64,000 nt of DNA. Source: Psammoneis japonica (lineage: Eukaryota). This document shows, in pieces, positions 51,781 through 64,000 of the stretch. A model generated the notes under the pieces. That model did not search any database, was not told where the DNA came from, and was given only the letters and a program-made list of their open reading frames with translations. The position numbers and the translations under genes were made by a program. Each line of letters begins with the position of its first letter. Within the stretch, counting starts at the first letter, position 1. The stretch spans positions 124,001-188,000 of the forward strand of contig QPGO01000081.1 in NCBI GenBank assembly GCA_008632985.1, given 5' to 3'.

Positions 51781-52417
51781 GGATTCTGAATCTTTTTGTA
51801 GTTTCCCTAGTTGTCGACTTCTTACATCGAAGGTACACCTGTGGCACACCTAACTCGTATTAGAAAAAAATGAACAACAAAAACAGCTACTCAAAAGCTG
51901 TTTTGAGTGACTCGGCCAGACGTATGTGTGTGGAATTTGAAGAGTTATGAGCTCCGACTTCGCGCCAAAAAGACGTTTATGTTTCCTCCCCATTTGCGAA
52001 CCCCGTTTTCACGACGCCATCACTTCCAACAGCAATAAACAACAGAAAAACCGTCGACCTGTGACTCTTAAATGTGTTCAGAATTACATCATGATGATTA
52101 TTTAACAAGGTATATAAATCGCCAACGGAGTTTTGTTTTTATGAATAACTAAAGGTCTTTGGAAATACATAAATATCATCCACCCCCGTGAGACGTGGGA
52201 GCCCAAGCGTGGCGGCCGAATTTTTCGTTTGTTTGAACGACTACGAAGGGGTTGATGCCTCATGCATCTTTCGCCGCTTGCCGAAAATTCCTGACAAGGA
52301 CTTCTCACCCCAACCGAATCAACGCAAGAGGCTCACAACGTGCAGGGTTTGACGAGACCTCTCATAAAACAAGTACCTTTCTCAAACGAGGAATCATCTC
52401 AACGACAGCAGTTCATC

Positions 52418-54001
52418 ATGGACACGTTACTTCGTGGCGTTGTTGGATCCCATGATCCTCATCAAACTTCTCCTCTGCGGGATCAATTCCACCATAGCTT
52501 GGAGTCCCTCCGTCGCCTCGTCGTGGCTGACGAGACCCAACCACCCTCTGTGTACCCATATGACGCTGCTGAAATGCATTGCTTGTTTGGACTAGCCATG
52601 GCTGACTCCGATCAAGACTCTGTCATGAGCAAGGATGAGTACTACGAGTACGTCAAGTTTATTCTTGGCGAGAGTTCCGGACAACAAGTCCAGAACAACT
52701 ACGCTAGTCTTCCAACGTCGTTGAAGGACAACTTTGATTCCTTCGCCACCGATCAGGAGATTCCTATTGTAGGATCTGACTTTCTTCCTCTTGAGCAAGA
52801 GAAATCTGAAGACATTGACTGGTTGATGCTTTTGTGTGAACAAACCAAACAAGAACTGGTCGCCAACAACCTCCTGGCGGACGAGATGACCGCAAGCATA
52901 GAACGTTCCCCCAAATTCTCAGTCTCTACTGAAATATTGGAATGCATCTACGCCATGGCCTTGGCGGATTTAGATCGCGATTTGCTCCTCAATCAAACCA
53001 ACTTTGCTGATTTTGTCTACCTCCTTACAGGCACCTACCAAGACGAGGATTACGAGGATTTCCACTCGGTGCTCAAGTCCACGTATGCGTTTTTCGCAAC
53101 CTCTCCCATCAAGCTCGAGATTGATGTGTATGGGTCCTACTATCCCCTACAGCACAACAATGTGACAGAGGCCAAGTTGCTCCGTCTCAACTTTTGCTGC
53201 AAGAGCACCAAGGAAATGGTGTGGGAGCTCAACACGTATTCCGACTTTTACGCAACTCCGGCACCCGTACCTCTTTTGCAAGTGCAAGTCGAGTCTGACT
53301 TTGTCGTGAGCAACAAGGTTGGATTGACCGCGGAGGATGCTCTCCCCGACAGTTCCACATGGGGCGAGTTGGAACAAGCCTACGATATGACGGCTCGTGC
53401 GATTGTCAATGAGCGAGCGGAACTGGCTCGTCAAGAATTGGATGACGACTTTATTCATTACGTTGCCGAGAGCGGCAGTGTCAAAGAAATCAAAGACGTT
53501 GCATGTCCTCATGGGGACAAACAAGCCACCTGCCAGTTAGTGTCGGCGTCCTTTTCGGTGGAAATTGATGAAACCAAGGGGACCTCCATTCCTTTTCCTG
53601 AAGAGTTCTTTGCCACAAACATGGACGATGCCATCCAGGAGGGCAAATTGCAAGACAACTTGCTAACTGTCAATCCAGGCACTGTCTACAAGGTTGTTAC
53701 GGAACACGATAAACAAGAAGAAGAAGAAGAAGAGCAAGTCGACGAGATTGATCCTCAAGAGCCGGCGGGTACGGACACCCAAGGAGTGGATACGAGCACT
53801 ACAAAAGACGACTCCACAAAGACGAAGAAGAGCGACAAGAAGGATGTGGCTCTCATTCTCTCTTGTGCTCTATTTGGTGTTGCACTCTTGTTGTTTGGCA
53901 TGGCCTTGGTGGTCTTTCGTCGAAGCGCCAGGGGACGGACCAAGCGCGGTCGTCAACAGAGCTTGGAAGACGAAACCGTGTGCTCCAATGTCTCTGACTA
54001 A
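52418..54001 (+). CDS. Tandem paralog of 49540-51108 (EF-hand-like repeats, C-terminal TM)
   Basis: Same architecture: CLFGLAMADSDQDSVMSKDEY, LECIYAMALADLDRD, TKEMV, VESDF..SN..GL, DVACP, CQ.V..SF, G.LQ.NL, TM. Confidence 0.85.
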   Translation: MDTLLRGVVGSHDPHQTSPLRDQFHHSLESLRRLVVADETQPPSVYPYDAAEMHCLFGLAMADSDQDSVMSKDEYYEYVKFILGESSGQQVQNNYASLPTSLKDNFDSFATDQEIPIVGSDFLPLEQEKSEDIDWLMLLCEQTKQELVANNLLADEMTASIERSPKFSVSTEILECIYAMALADLDRDLLLNQTNFADFVYLLTGTYQDEDYEDFHSVLKSTYAFFATSPIKLEIDVYGSYYPLQHNNVTEAKLLRLNFCCKSTKEMVWELNTYSDFYATPAPVPLLQVQVESDFVVSNKVGLTAEDALPDSSTWGELEQAYDMTARAIVNERAELARQELDDDFIHYVAESGSVKEIKDVACPHGDKQATCQLVSASFSVEIDETKGTSIPFPEEFFATNMDDAIQEGKLQDNLLTVNPGTVYKVVTEHDKQEEEEEEQVDEIDPQEPAGTDTQGVDTSTTKDDSTKTKKSDKKDVALILSCALFGVALLLFGMALVVFRRSARGRTKRGRQQSLEDETVCSNVSD

Positions 54002-54560
54002 ATCATGGTCACGGTCTATTGCAAGTACATGATATTGTGAAGGCGAGGGAGAATATGGAGGTGGTTGCAATGATTTGCCTTGCAACCGCTTGGCCAATGT
54101 TCCCTCTTTTGTAAAAAAAAAAAGGAGTCGTTTGTTTTTGTTTGTTTACGCAAAGTGCTGACGCGGAATAGTACTTACGTATTTTACATGCTTACTGTAA
54201 GAACGATATATTTGTAACGCCTTGTCTGTTTGTTGTGCATGTAGTAGTAGCCATGTAGTGATTAGAAGCGGGTAGAAAAAGTTGCTTGCGCAAAGACCGG
54301 GCCCAACCAAGAGGAAGACCTGAGGGCGTTCCGTTTGCATCTCTTCAAGATTGCCATCCGCTAACCCATAATGTGGTGCCTCTGAAGGCTCGAGACGAGG
54401 GCTCAACACTCACGAAGCTACTGTGCAACGCATCGAATGCTGAACCTCAATTCATATCGTTCACTAGCCCTATAGATCCGAAGCAAGCTACAGGACAATG
54501 AAATCATGCAAGTCCAAGCTGTGTTTACGTCTTTCGCTATTATTAAAGGTTAGGTGTTTT

Positions 54561-55953
54561 TTAAGACAAGAGCGAGTCAAGGTTATCCGAAACATCCGCC
54601 AAGGGATCCGCAGCTTCCCCGCCTTCTTCCTCGTCATCCTTGCCATTGACAATATCATCCAAGGAATCACCCAATCCCAAAACGATATCTCTCGCAGCCT
54701 CTTCACGGGCCTTGCGTTCCGCTTCCATTCGTTCGTGATATTTCTTTGCCGATTCTTCCGCCATGTCAAACACTTTTTGAGGGTTCTTGAGCATATCACC
54801 GGCTTCCGGTTCGAGCGTCTTGGTGGAAAGAGCAATGCGGCCATTGACCTTGTCGTGGTCAATAATCATGCACTTGACTTGAAGACCGGGTTGAAGAACC
54901 TTTTCCAGGTCTTCGATACGATCATATGAGATTTGTGAAATGTGCAACAGTCCCGACATGCCACCGACTTCGACAAAGGCACCGTAGGGTTTGAGTGCCT
55001 TGACGACACCCTCACAATATCACCCCGTGACAAGTCCGCCATTTGTTGTTCCACAACAGCCCGTCGGTTACTCACGACAAGCTTGTTAGCTTCTTGATTG
55101 ACTTCCAAAAACTTGAGTGGGACCGTCTGTCCAATCATGTCTTCGGTGGGTAATTGTCCAGACAAGTGCGATCCGGGCAAAAAGGCACGCAGACCCTCCA
55201 CCAAACAAATGGCACCACCGCGATTGACCGCCACCACGGGTGCTTCAAAGACTTCGTCGGTTGCCTTCTTTCTACAACCGTCTCCCACGCTTGACGGTAT
55301 TGAATACGACGCAAGCTCACAAGAAGTTGTCCGTTTTCATCTTCATCGGAAATGATTTGGAATTCCATTTCTTCATTGAGATTGACCAAATCTTCGGGAG
55401 CATCGCCCGAATCCTGAATGAGCGCCGCTTCGGCAAGAGGCAAGTACGCCGATGCCTTGGCACCAATGTCGACAATGACACCGTTGTGATCGTATTCGAC
55501 ACAAACACCCTTGACAACGTCGTTGCGAGAAAAGGCATAGGTCGTTTCGGCAACCGCCGCGGCAAAGTCCTCGTAGGAAAATTCTACATCCGTGTCGGAC
55601 ACGTCGGCACGGGGGCCTTTGTAATTCTTCTTGATGCGATCAAAACGAGTGGGAGTTGGAGCAGCCGGGGCCTTGACTTCTTCCTCGACTTCTGTGGAAA
55701 AGAGCCGAGTGGGACTAGGCAAAAGAAGAAAACAAAATTTCAAAAAGAAAAAAAATGAGGTGAGCAGACGGAACCTGGAATTTCAGTATTCAACGCCGTA
55801 GAACACATCACGAGAGAAATCAAGTTTTTCTTTTGAAGAAACTCTCATCCTTGTCGTCGATTCGACTCACGTTTTGGTAACAAACGCAGGAGCAAATGCT
55901 GTTGTACCACTGACAGAGGCGACAAGAGCCAAAACTGTTGCTGAAAATCTCAT
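54561..55953 (-). CDS. rps1: Nucleus-encoded plastid 30S ribosomal protein S1; intron 55715-55870; two frameshifts
   Basis: Presequence MRFSATVLALVASVSGTTAF-AP; GT..AG intron joins in frame; three S1 domains (VDIGAKASAYLP, VEGLRAFLPGSHL, GMSGLLHISQIS). Confidence 0.92.
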
Positions 55954-56440
55954 ACTTTCGTTTTGTTTGTGGCCTCTTGTTGTGTCGTTCTTGATGGCTG
56001 CAACAAGACACAACGATGATGATGTGTGATGGTGAACCCTACGTTGAAACGCTACGTAGCTTTGCTGTAGAACTTGTACTGACGCAGTTGATACGTGGTT
56101 CACTACGGCCGTTAACGTACCAAGCAAGACGACGTACGTCAGACCGCGCGAAAAACACATCAGTGCGGCAAGTCAAAACAGCCGGGTTTCATTGGAGCTT
56201 TCTTGCTTTCCACGTTGATGTCGGTCGCCGGTCGCCATCATCCGACCATCAATAAACTTTTGTGCTGTTGAAGAGGCAACTCATTCATCGTTGCATCATC
56301 AAGTAGACCTGAGAGTACCTTCTTTTCGCGACATCAAGGGGAAAAGCTCGTCAGTTATTGTTCCCAGATAAAGATTGTGAACACAGAGTTGGTCCTACTT
56401 TTTCTTCTACAAAAAACACACAAATACACACTACGCAAAG

Positions 56441-57349
56441 ATGCAACGGCTCGTTTGCTTACTACTAGTTGCAGTGTCGGTACAAGCATGGGTTCCACCA
56501 CCGATTCCATCTTGTGCATTGAAATCAAAAAAGCAACCGTGTCGCAGGTGTGGTCCTCTCGTAGTGAAGAAGAAGAATCAACGTCGGCATCCTTTGACGA
56601 TGCGGGACAAAAAATTGTAGAACAAGAAAATGAAGAAATGGCTGCAATATGGAACGAGAAGAAGAAGTACGTCAAAAATGTAAATGGATGGATGTGAATT
56701 GTGAAACGAATCTCACTCTTATACTCCTCTCTTTCAATTTTATCAGGACGATGAATTTGAAGAACGTTCCAAAGAATACGATGCGATTCGCGCCGCCATT
56801 CGGGAACGAACATCTGAAATTGGAATTGAAAAGTCCGTCGTGACGGCCAAACTGATTGAAGAAGCCAATGCCCGTGCGGCTGCCGGACAACAAGTGACGG
56901 GATTGGACCTGTCGCAAATTACGGGAGCTGGATTCGATGGTGGTGGCAGCATGGGTGCAAGCGGTGATGATGGCGAGTCCATGGGGTTGCCTACAATGGC
57001 GGAAGATTTGGAAGCACAATTTCAAGAATTGACACCCGAAGAACGCAAACGAATCGATCCGACCGATGGAGAGGGATGGTTCGAACGAGTCAAGTATGAA
57101 TTTCAGTTTGTTGAGTGGCCCACGACCATTGCCATTTTCAAGGAAGTCGGCTTGGTCATGTTGTGTGTGGCCATCATGGCGGCCGTTATTATCAATTGGG
57201 ATCGCTTTTTGCGAGACACGTATACAGAGTATGGAATGATTCCAAGACCCGAGGATGTGACGCAACAATTTGAGGGACTCAAGCTACCCGAGGGATGGAC
57301 GGATGGTTTGACGGATCAAGATGTCGTGAGTGTGCCAGACGTAGAGTAG
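56441..57349 (+). CDS. secE: Plastid-targeted SecE-like preprotein translocase subunit; intron ~56667-56746
   Basis: Presequence MQRLVCLLLVAVSVQAW-VP; C-terminal VKYEFQFVEWPT followed by one TM helix and D (SecE signature ExxxVxWP). Confidence 0.75.
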
Positions 57350-58085
57350 AAGAATTGGCAATGTTGCAGTGTTAATATTGGTAGTTGGGAGACAGGACAA
57401 GCTTTCCATGAGACTTGAATGCGTAAATATTGGTCAATTGCTTGCGCTTAGATGTACTCATTGCGGGACGGCGGCCACTCACAAACTAGTAGTCCTAATC
57501 GCTATGGGTGAAGTTTTCATGCTATTTAATGTCATCTAGCTAGATACATGGACCGTTCCTCGCTTGGTTTGTGCAATAGCGATAGAAACGGTAGTAGCTG
57601 GGTGTGCGCCCAGCTACCAACATCCGCATCTCTCTCAAGCAAGATTAGTGTAGATTGAGCTATACCTTACTGATCGTTCCCAGCTTTGTGCGAATAGTGA
57701 TAGTGGGACACCCAGGTAATGGCATGCGCCTCTAGAGAGTATTGTAGGTCAGAGGTGCCTTGCTGTTTGCCAGGCTCTGCGTCGACTCATACCGGTACTT
57801 GCCTTCCTACAATAAAGAAAACTGGCACTCTTACTTACTACAAGAAATAGCGCATAGTACTTGTATTTTAACTTTCCTCTATAATATATATCATGAATTT
57901 TAAAATGTACAACAAGGCTTCTCTTGAAGGAAACGAAAAAGACTTTTCTATGCAACAGCAAGCTCCTGGCTTGACGCTGCCTTTTCTCGTTCGGTTCTTG
58001 ACTTGCGTTTCTCTAATTGCAAGCAAATCAACTTGATGTGATGACCTCGATTAAAGTTGAAACTCCCCTCCCAAACGCTCTCTCA

Positions 58086-59038
58086 TCATGCCGGTCTTGA
58101 TACAGACACGGGTGAGAGATGCGTATCGCTCTCTTCGTCATCCTTGGAGGCCAAAAGAGATCGTTCGTGACGGCGGTGCTGCTCCTCGGTGGAGAGCGTG
58201 CGTTGAATGGCAACATCATCCGAATGATACTGAGCGCTTTGGCTGTACAAGTACCACAGACGGCCACACAGCAGCTCGATTTCTTCCCTTGGAAGAGTTA
58301 CATTCAAATCGTCTTGGAGATCTTGGAGAAAGTCTTGTGTACAATCCATCGACTTGCCGTAAGTGGCATCACCCATGCCCTCCATTGCATTCAACAGGGC
58401 ACACAAGCCAATCACAAATCGTGGTTTTGACACCAAGCCGCATCAAAAAGAGCCAACTCGGCAAAGAAGCAAGCTCGCTGGTGAATGGCTTTGATAGTAG
58501 AAGCCTTAAAGTGACCTCTTGGTAACCACATGCACAAGTGATGAATAAAGCATTGTGCAGTCGGTGGATGCATTCGAAACTCAATCGTTTGAAGAATAAT
58601 CCGTTCCATTTCCACCATGTGCGCGACATCAAATTCACCACGACTTAGTTCCGCCAGAGACGTCATGGAGATTTCCTTGTCGGAAAAGATCTTGGTGGCC
58701 ATGTACAAGGTCGTCATGGCTGCCAACTTGAAGGCGCACCGGTCCACATGTGACGTATCGAGACGATCCATGAAGCGATCGAGATACGACATGCTGACCG
58801 CCACGATTTCTCGATTGCCGTGAAAATGATCCAAAACTCGAAAGGACCAATCACACATCTTTTCGCGGCAATGAGGATCGATATTCTTGCACTCGGAAGA
58901 GTCGTCGCCCGGTGATGGACTCAGATAATCTCGACATGTGTAGGCAGATTCATCTTGCGTCATCATGACAGCGAGGCGATCAAGCGTGGCAGCATGTTGT
59001 GTTCTGGAAATTATCGGGACGGTTCGGGGCGTCTTCAT
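58086..59038 (-). CDS. Cyclin of the diatom-expanded type; frameshift near 58436
   Basis: Cyclin box CREKMCDWSFRVLDHF..REIVAVSMSYLDRF..FKLAAMTTLYMATKI..MERIIL. Confidence 0.9.
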
Positions 59039-60318
59039 GCGAAGACTTAACAAGGGACCTTCCTCTTGATATGTCATGCCGACTGACGAATGTGATTGGT
59101 ATGAAGTGCCTATCGTATGGCAAACCAATTGTTTTTATGAGACTGTGTAAACTTTTTGTCTCGTCCTGTCACAGGGGCAAAGCTTAATGTGGTCCCGGCT
59201 GGCGGGCGGTGAATGATTCTTTGCTTTGTTAATGTTGAGTGTGATGCAATACAATCAAACCCACAACGACCTCTTCGTGAAATTGGCGACAAAATTCGAA
59301 TTGTTGCTAAGAAGCGGGACCCACACTTGTGACTATCAGAATTTGAGGACCTCACATTTTGGAGGGAAAAAATGTGTAGCTGTTGGTACAACGTCTACGC
59401 AACGGGCAAAAAAACTTCCGTTTTTATAAAGCTACAAAGCTAAATAATATTTATATACTTTTCGCTCGTTAAGTAAATCCCACAAATTCAACGGATGATA
59501 CGCGGTAAATAAGTCGCAAATCTTTAAATAGATTTATATGAGAAGCCTCATTTTGTAGATTTAATTTCGAGAAGGCTTCTTTCAACGTCATCGCAAATTT
59601 TAAATTAATCCTTCAGAGAGGAACATCGAACATTGATTGTGGATGGGGCAGGTCACGTTTTCGCCCAATGAAAATTCGCTCGTTGGTCGTTGGCACGATC
59701 GAATTTTCGCAAGTCAGACAAAGTTGAAAGTCCCGTGTACAGATAGGTGGTTAACTAGCCAGAAAATCAACAATATTCTCACAGACACACAGACAACAAA
59801 ATGTTTTTGGCGATCTTCAAATAAAATCTGTTTTGTATATTTAAATAAGAAAAGTACACTTTTTCCCATACAATTTGATCGTTTGTTGATTTGCTGGTTT
59901 TCAGTCACGAGTACATATAGATGAAAAGCATCAGTTGAATCATGATTCCATCCTTGTTCAATGTATCCACGATTACCGTAGGTTTCCTAGTGGTCGAAGG
60001 GGAACCTCAAGGAATGAAAGGTTGGATTCAGTCTTGCAACGCATGTTGCGTAGAAAGTACGTGGATTGATACCACACGAATGAGAACCAGCTAATTATCC
60101 GGGATCAAAAAGTCGTTGACTACCAGGCAGGTCAACGTTCCAGCATGTATCTTCGTAGGGTATGTACGAGGGAGAGAAACGGTCAACGAGCCGTCAACGA
60201 CGATGCACCTCCGACATCAACAAAACACACAAAAAAAAAAACACACCGGTACTTTTGACTTGACACCTTGTTTCCCCTCACAATTCACATCGAATTCGAA
60301 ACAAACAGTACAAGTACC

Positions 60319-62305
60319 ATGGAGACGACAATGTTAAAAGCAGTATCAACGCCGCCAGTGAAAAAGGAGCATCGCAATGTGTTCTCCTCGCCATCACCGA
60401 CGACGACTCCCTTCACTACCTCTTCATCAGGAAAGACAAAGAGCAAGCATTCTCACAAGCCTTCTTGGGAAGCATTTGACCCACTTTTGACTGCACCTGA
60501 TAAGGTCGGAGCAGGTGTCTGGGGTGGCTCGGCTGCTGACAACAGCAACGGTGACCATCCACTCAAGGAGGCACGTGATCCCACCGAGTCGTTGTTGGAT
60601 TTGAGAACCCCAGTCCCGGTCAGCAAGAAGAACAGTAAAGGCGCAGTAAGGAAGTCTCCAAGTCACCGCAAAACCACGTCGACTCCAACGCATAAAAAGA
60701 CAAGCAGTATCGAGGAACTCCGTCAGATTGCACAAGAAATCGCCATATCCAAGCCGGCTGCCTTTGTGGCGGAGCAAGACGATATCATTGATTCGTGGCA
60801 AGATCAGCGTCGAAAGGCTCCCCTGTCCTCTCGCTTCATCGTAGAACAAAGAGTTTGGGGACACCTCAAGATGTTTTGAAATCAATTAGACTTCCAAAGG
60901 CACCTGACAAAAATGACGACGACGCCGATGCTATTCTTCGTAGCAACTCGCGATCGGCTCCCAATACTCCGGAAAACATGCTACGGAAAAAGGCCACCTC
61001 TCCGAACAAAGCAGCCATCCTGTTTCGGATCAGAAAAAGCATCATAAGCGTTTCTCTTCCCCTTCTGCTTTGTTGACACCGACTCGTTGGAACAACAACA
61101 AAACCGAAGACTCTTCCACCCCTCCTCCGCCACCCACCGACGACATGCCCCGCTTGACGCCACTTCATGGGTTCTTGACGCACAAGGACAATCTAACCAT
61201 GCGGTCGTCAGAACAGGATCCTTCGAATCATCAGGTAGAGATCCCGTCGTGTGATGACTTTTTGATGCACAGCCGTCTCTGCGCCGTCATGGAGCAATAT
61301 CGCGTCGTGGACCAAAACTTTGAGTTTGAAAAGCTCATCAACACGTCGCGCATGGCGCTTCAGGGCTTTGTCGCGTCCACCACCAAGAAGAATGGTGACG
61401 AATCAGAACAAGCTCCGGTGGTTGAATTGGATGGGCTCATTGACGAACACGCTCCCATTGTTCAGAGCTTGTTGGAATGCGCCGACGATTTGGTATTGGA
61501 GGGATTCTTTTGCAACAACGCCGAGAAGAATAGCCACGACCGTATTGAGGCTGCCGTCTTTAACTGCCAGTCTCGACGTCAATTTGTGGTTGTCTATCGT
61601 GGAACGACCGACCAACAAACCAAGCCAGTCAGGAACAAACACCTTCGTGCGTCGCCGGTCAAATTGACGGGCGACAAGACCGTTCGAGTCTTTCCTGCCT
61701 TTCGTGAAGCCTACTTTGACGGAGGCGTAGAAGAAAAGGTTTTTGGCTTGTTGGATGATTTGGCAGAAAAGTATCCCTTTTGTGATGTCGTCATGACGGG
61801 ACATTCCTTTGGTGCGGCTCTCGCCTCGATTGCCGCCTTGAGGTTTGCGTCGGATCGCGAAATGCTTTGCGTTTCCTGTCATGCGTTTGGCTCGCCCAAG
61901 GTTGGAGACATGGAGTGGAGAAAAATGGTCAACTCTCAATCCAATCTCAAGGTGATGCGTGTGGAGCACATGTCCGACTTGTGCATTGCGGTTCCACCCG
62001 ATACAAACTTGTATCATCACGTGGGACACTCGGTACAGGTTCAAAACCCCGACCATCGTGGCGCAAGCAAAGGAGGATCGTCTCCTCTTGGAGTATCCGC
62101 GTATCGGTTTGAAAAGAACAAGCCCGTTCCAAAGAACTTTTTGGGTATCTCCAAGCGAGACAACAAGGCTGACGAGATTCAATCCTATGTGCGATCTATG
62201 GAGCAGTTTGCAAGGTTGGGTCAAACGTGGGTCCAGCAATACACGGGGGAGGACGTGGGAAAAGGGGTTCGTGGAAAAGGAAACGAAAAGAGACAAATGG
62301 TGTAG
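60319..62305 (+). CDS. Class-3 lipase-domain protein with a low-complexity N-terminus; 5' exon structure uncertain
   Basis: VVVYRGT, VMTGHSFGAALA (GxSxG), FGSPKVGD, RVEH..D...VPP and YHHVG motifs. Confidence 0.85.
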
Positions 62306-63055
62306 GTTTGAAAGATAACGTTAATAATCGAAATGAAAACTAAACCAAATAGCCATTCACTACTTCAAAATAAAGATTAAACAATGTTTTTTGGCGTTGT
62401 TCGAGGTGCAAATCCTCAGGATCATACGGTAGGAGTAGGCTATGCCCCTGCGCTAACAAAACCAAATTTCAACATGGCAATTCTCCGAGCTAGAAACTAT
62501 CGGTCTCACCCCAAATAATATTTTGGCGCCAAGCTTCAAAACCGCCAATCCTCACAAGTTTTCCGAAATCTCTCAAATTGTGACGGCCAGTTTCGTCGCA
62601 ACGAACACAGGTGGCACAAGATGACGCGCATTTTTGAAATTTTGCTAGTCAGAATGTCTGACAGAATGACGTGTTTAGCGCCACAAATTTATTCAAATTT
62701 TATACAGAGACGAATACAAATCTATAGAAACGGCGATCTGCTCACCTTGTTGACACCAAGACGTCACGACCATCCAACCAGCATCTCTTGTGCTTTGCGA
62801 CATCATTAGAGAAAATAACCGAAGGATCAGCGTTGGTGTGACAAACTGGGTTGCTGCTGCCGAGGCTGCAAAAGAAGGGACGAACAAGGCGTATGGATCC
62901 TGCAGCAAAAGTTGATCATCCGCGGAACAAGTGAAATTGAACAATTTTGTGGGACCAAAACGTTACTGTACATACAATCTGAGAACGCGACTGGCGGGAG
63001 GCGGGAGAAGCCCTTCTGAATATGGCATCGCCTCATGTAGATACTCCTATTGCAG

Positions 63056-64000
63056 ATCCCGCTCTGAGTGTTCTAGATCGAGCGCTGAGAGGTGATGAAG
63101 ATGCCTTGGCATTTCTGGATCGAACGCTGTCTGTCTATGTGTTGGATGCAACCGATCCCTCGAAACCTCAGACTTACGGGAGTTGGAACTTTATCCACGA
63201 AGTCATGAACGAAGTGGAACGGTACGAGTCGAGGAGTGACTACTCTCGAGTTACGTTGGATCGACATGTTCAGTTGCTCGCCAACATTGCCAAGCGAGTC
63301 GCACGCAAGTCTCCCATGGCGGACCAACGCTTGGTCGAAACGTGCATTGCCAACTCGTCCATCACCGCGGATCAACCACGTCGGCAAGAGTTGGTCAAAC
63401 TCAATCATGAAATGAGAGAAATCGTTATGGGTCGTATCGCGGCTATATGCTTTGATTTTGCCTTTTACAACAACGCCAACAGTGCCTTTTGTTTCTCCAT
63501 GGAGCAACTCTGTGCCGTCTTGGCGGCCAACGCCGTATCCACCGGCCCAAAGGCGATTCATCACTTTTTGATGGAGTGGATCATACCTAGTCGGGAGTCC
63601 ATGCCGCCCTTGTCGGTCGTTCATGTCGTACTCCACGTCGCTACGGAGGCTCTACGAATGGAGGCACCCATGGGAACACGAGACATGCTGCAGCAACTAT
63701 CACAAGCAACCATGGGACTAGTAGCTGCACCAGTCTTGGGACAAGCGGTCGAACTCTTGTCTGCGGAACAAGATAACAGTATCGTATTGGTGGCGTGTCT
63801 TGCCACTATGGAGCGTTGGTTTCGAGCGACAGATTTAAGCTTGCCACAAATGAAACACTTGAGTCACAAGGTCAACATTGACATTGTTCTGGTTCTTTGC
63901 AATGTCTTAAACTCCGACTCGGAACAAGCCTTGGATTGCTTGGCAGATTTCATCGAGGTGGCACTGTCATCCAACAACTCGTCAGCCATGTCGCCAAGTC
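63056..64000 (+). CDS. ARM/HEAT-like helical protein (partial, runs off the window)
   Basis: Uninterrupted frame after a CAG acceptor at ~63055 (PALSVLDRALRGDEDALAFL...ACLATMERWF...). It is missing from the ORF track because no stop falls in the window. Confidence 0.65.

Noticed and set aside
33682..59038. Frameshifts in rps1, secE, TM9SF, cyclin, ceramidase and others as programmed frameshifting or mass pseudogenisation
   Set aside because: They affect conserved housekeeping genes whose motifs are otherwise intact; uncorrected assembly indels are the simpler explanation.

Overview
This is eukaryotic nuclear DNA, almost certainly from a diatom: it has bipartite signal+ASAFAP-type plastid presequences, a diatom-type cyclin and a diatom-type Copia RT. 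The window is a mosaic of two compartments. (1) Ordinary host genes: a secreted 2OG-Fe(II) oxygenase-like protein, a putative amidoligase, alkaline ceramidase, a glycosyltransferase-like protein, TM9SF/EMP70, two EF-hand-like membrane paralogs, plastid rps1 and secE, a cyclin, a class-3 lipase and an ARM/HEAT-like protein. Several carry small frameshifts that look like assembly indels. (2) Repeat domains at about 1-30260, 31550-33320, 36580-37760 and 44130-49130. These hold a full-length Ty1/Copia element with LTRs, TSD, PBS and PPT, a MITE nested in its 3' LTR, a Plavaka/CMC-type transposase, Gypsy and LINE remnants, a foldback block and a ~8 kb segmental duplication. The main finding is that in the repeat domains almost every TpA has been converted to TpG or CpA (A:T to G:C on either strand), on top of ordinary CpG decay. 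Conserved Tyr become Cys or His, TAA/TAG stops vanish, and paired LTRs and duplicated segments show TA/TG/CA at the same sites. This looks like a repeat-targeted hypermutation system running in the opposite direction to fungal RIP; I know of no description of it. Its mechanism and effector are not visible in this window.
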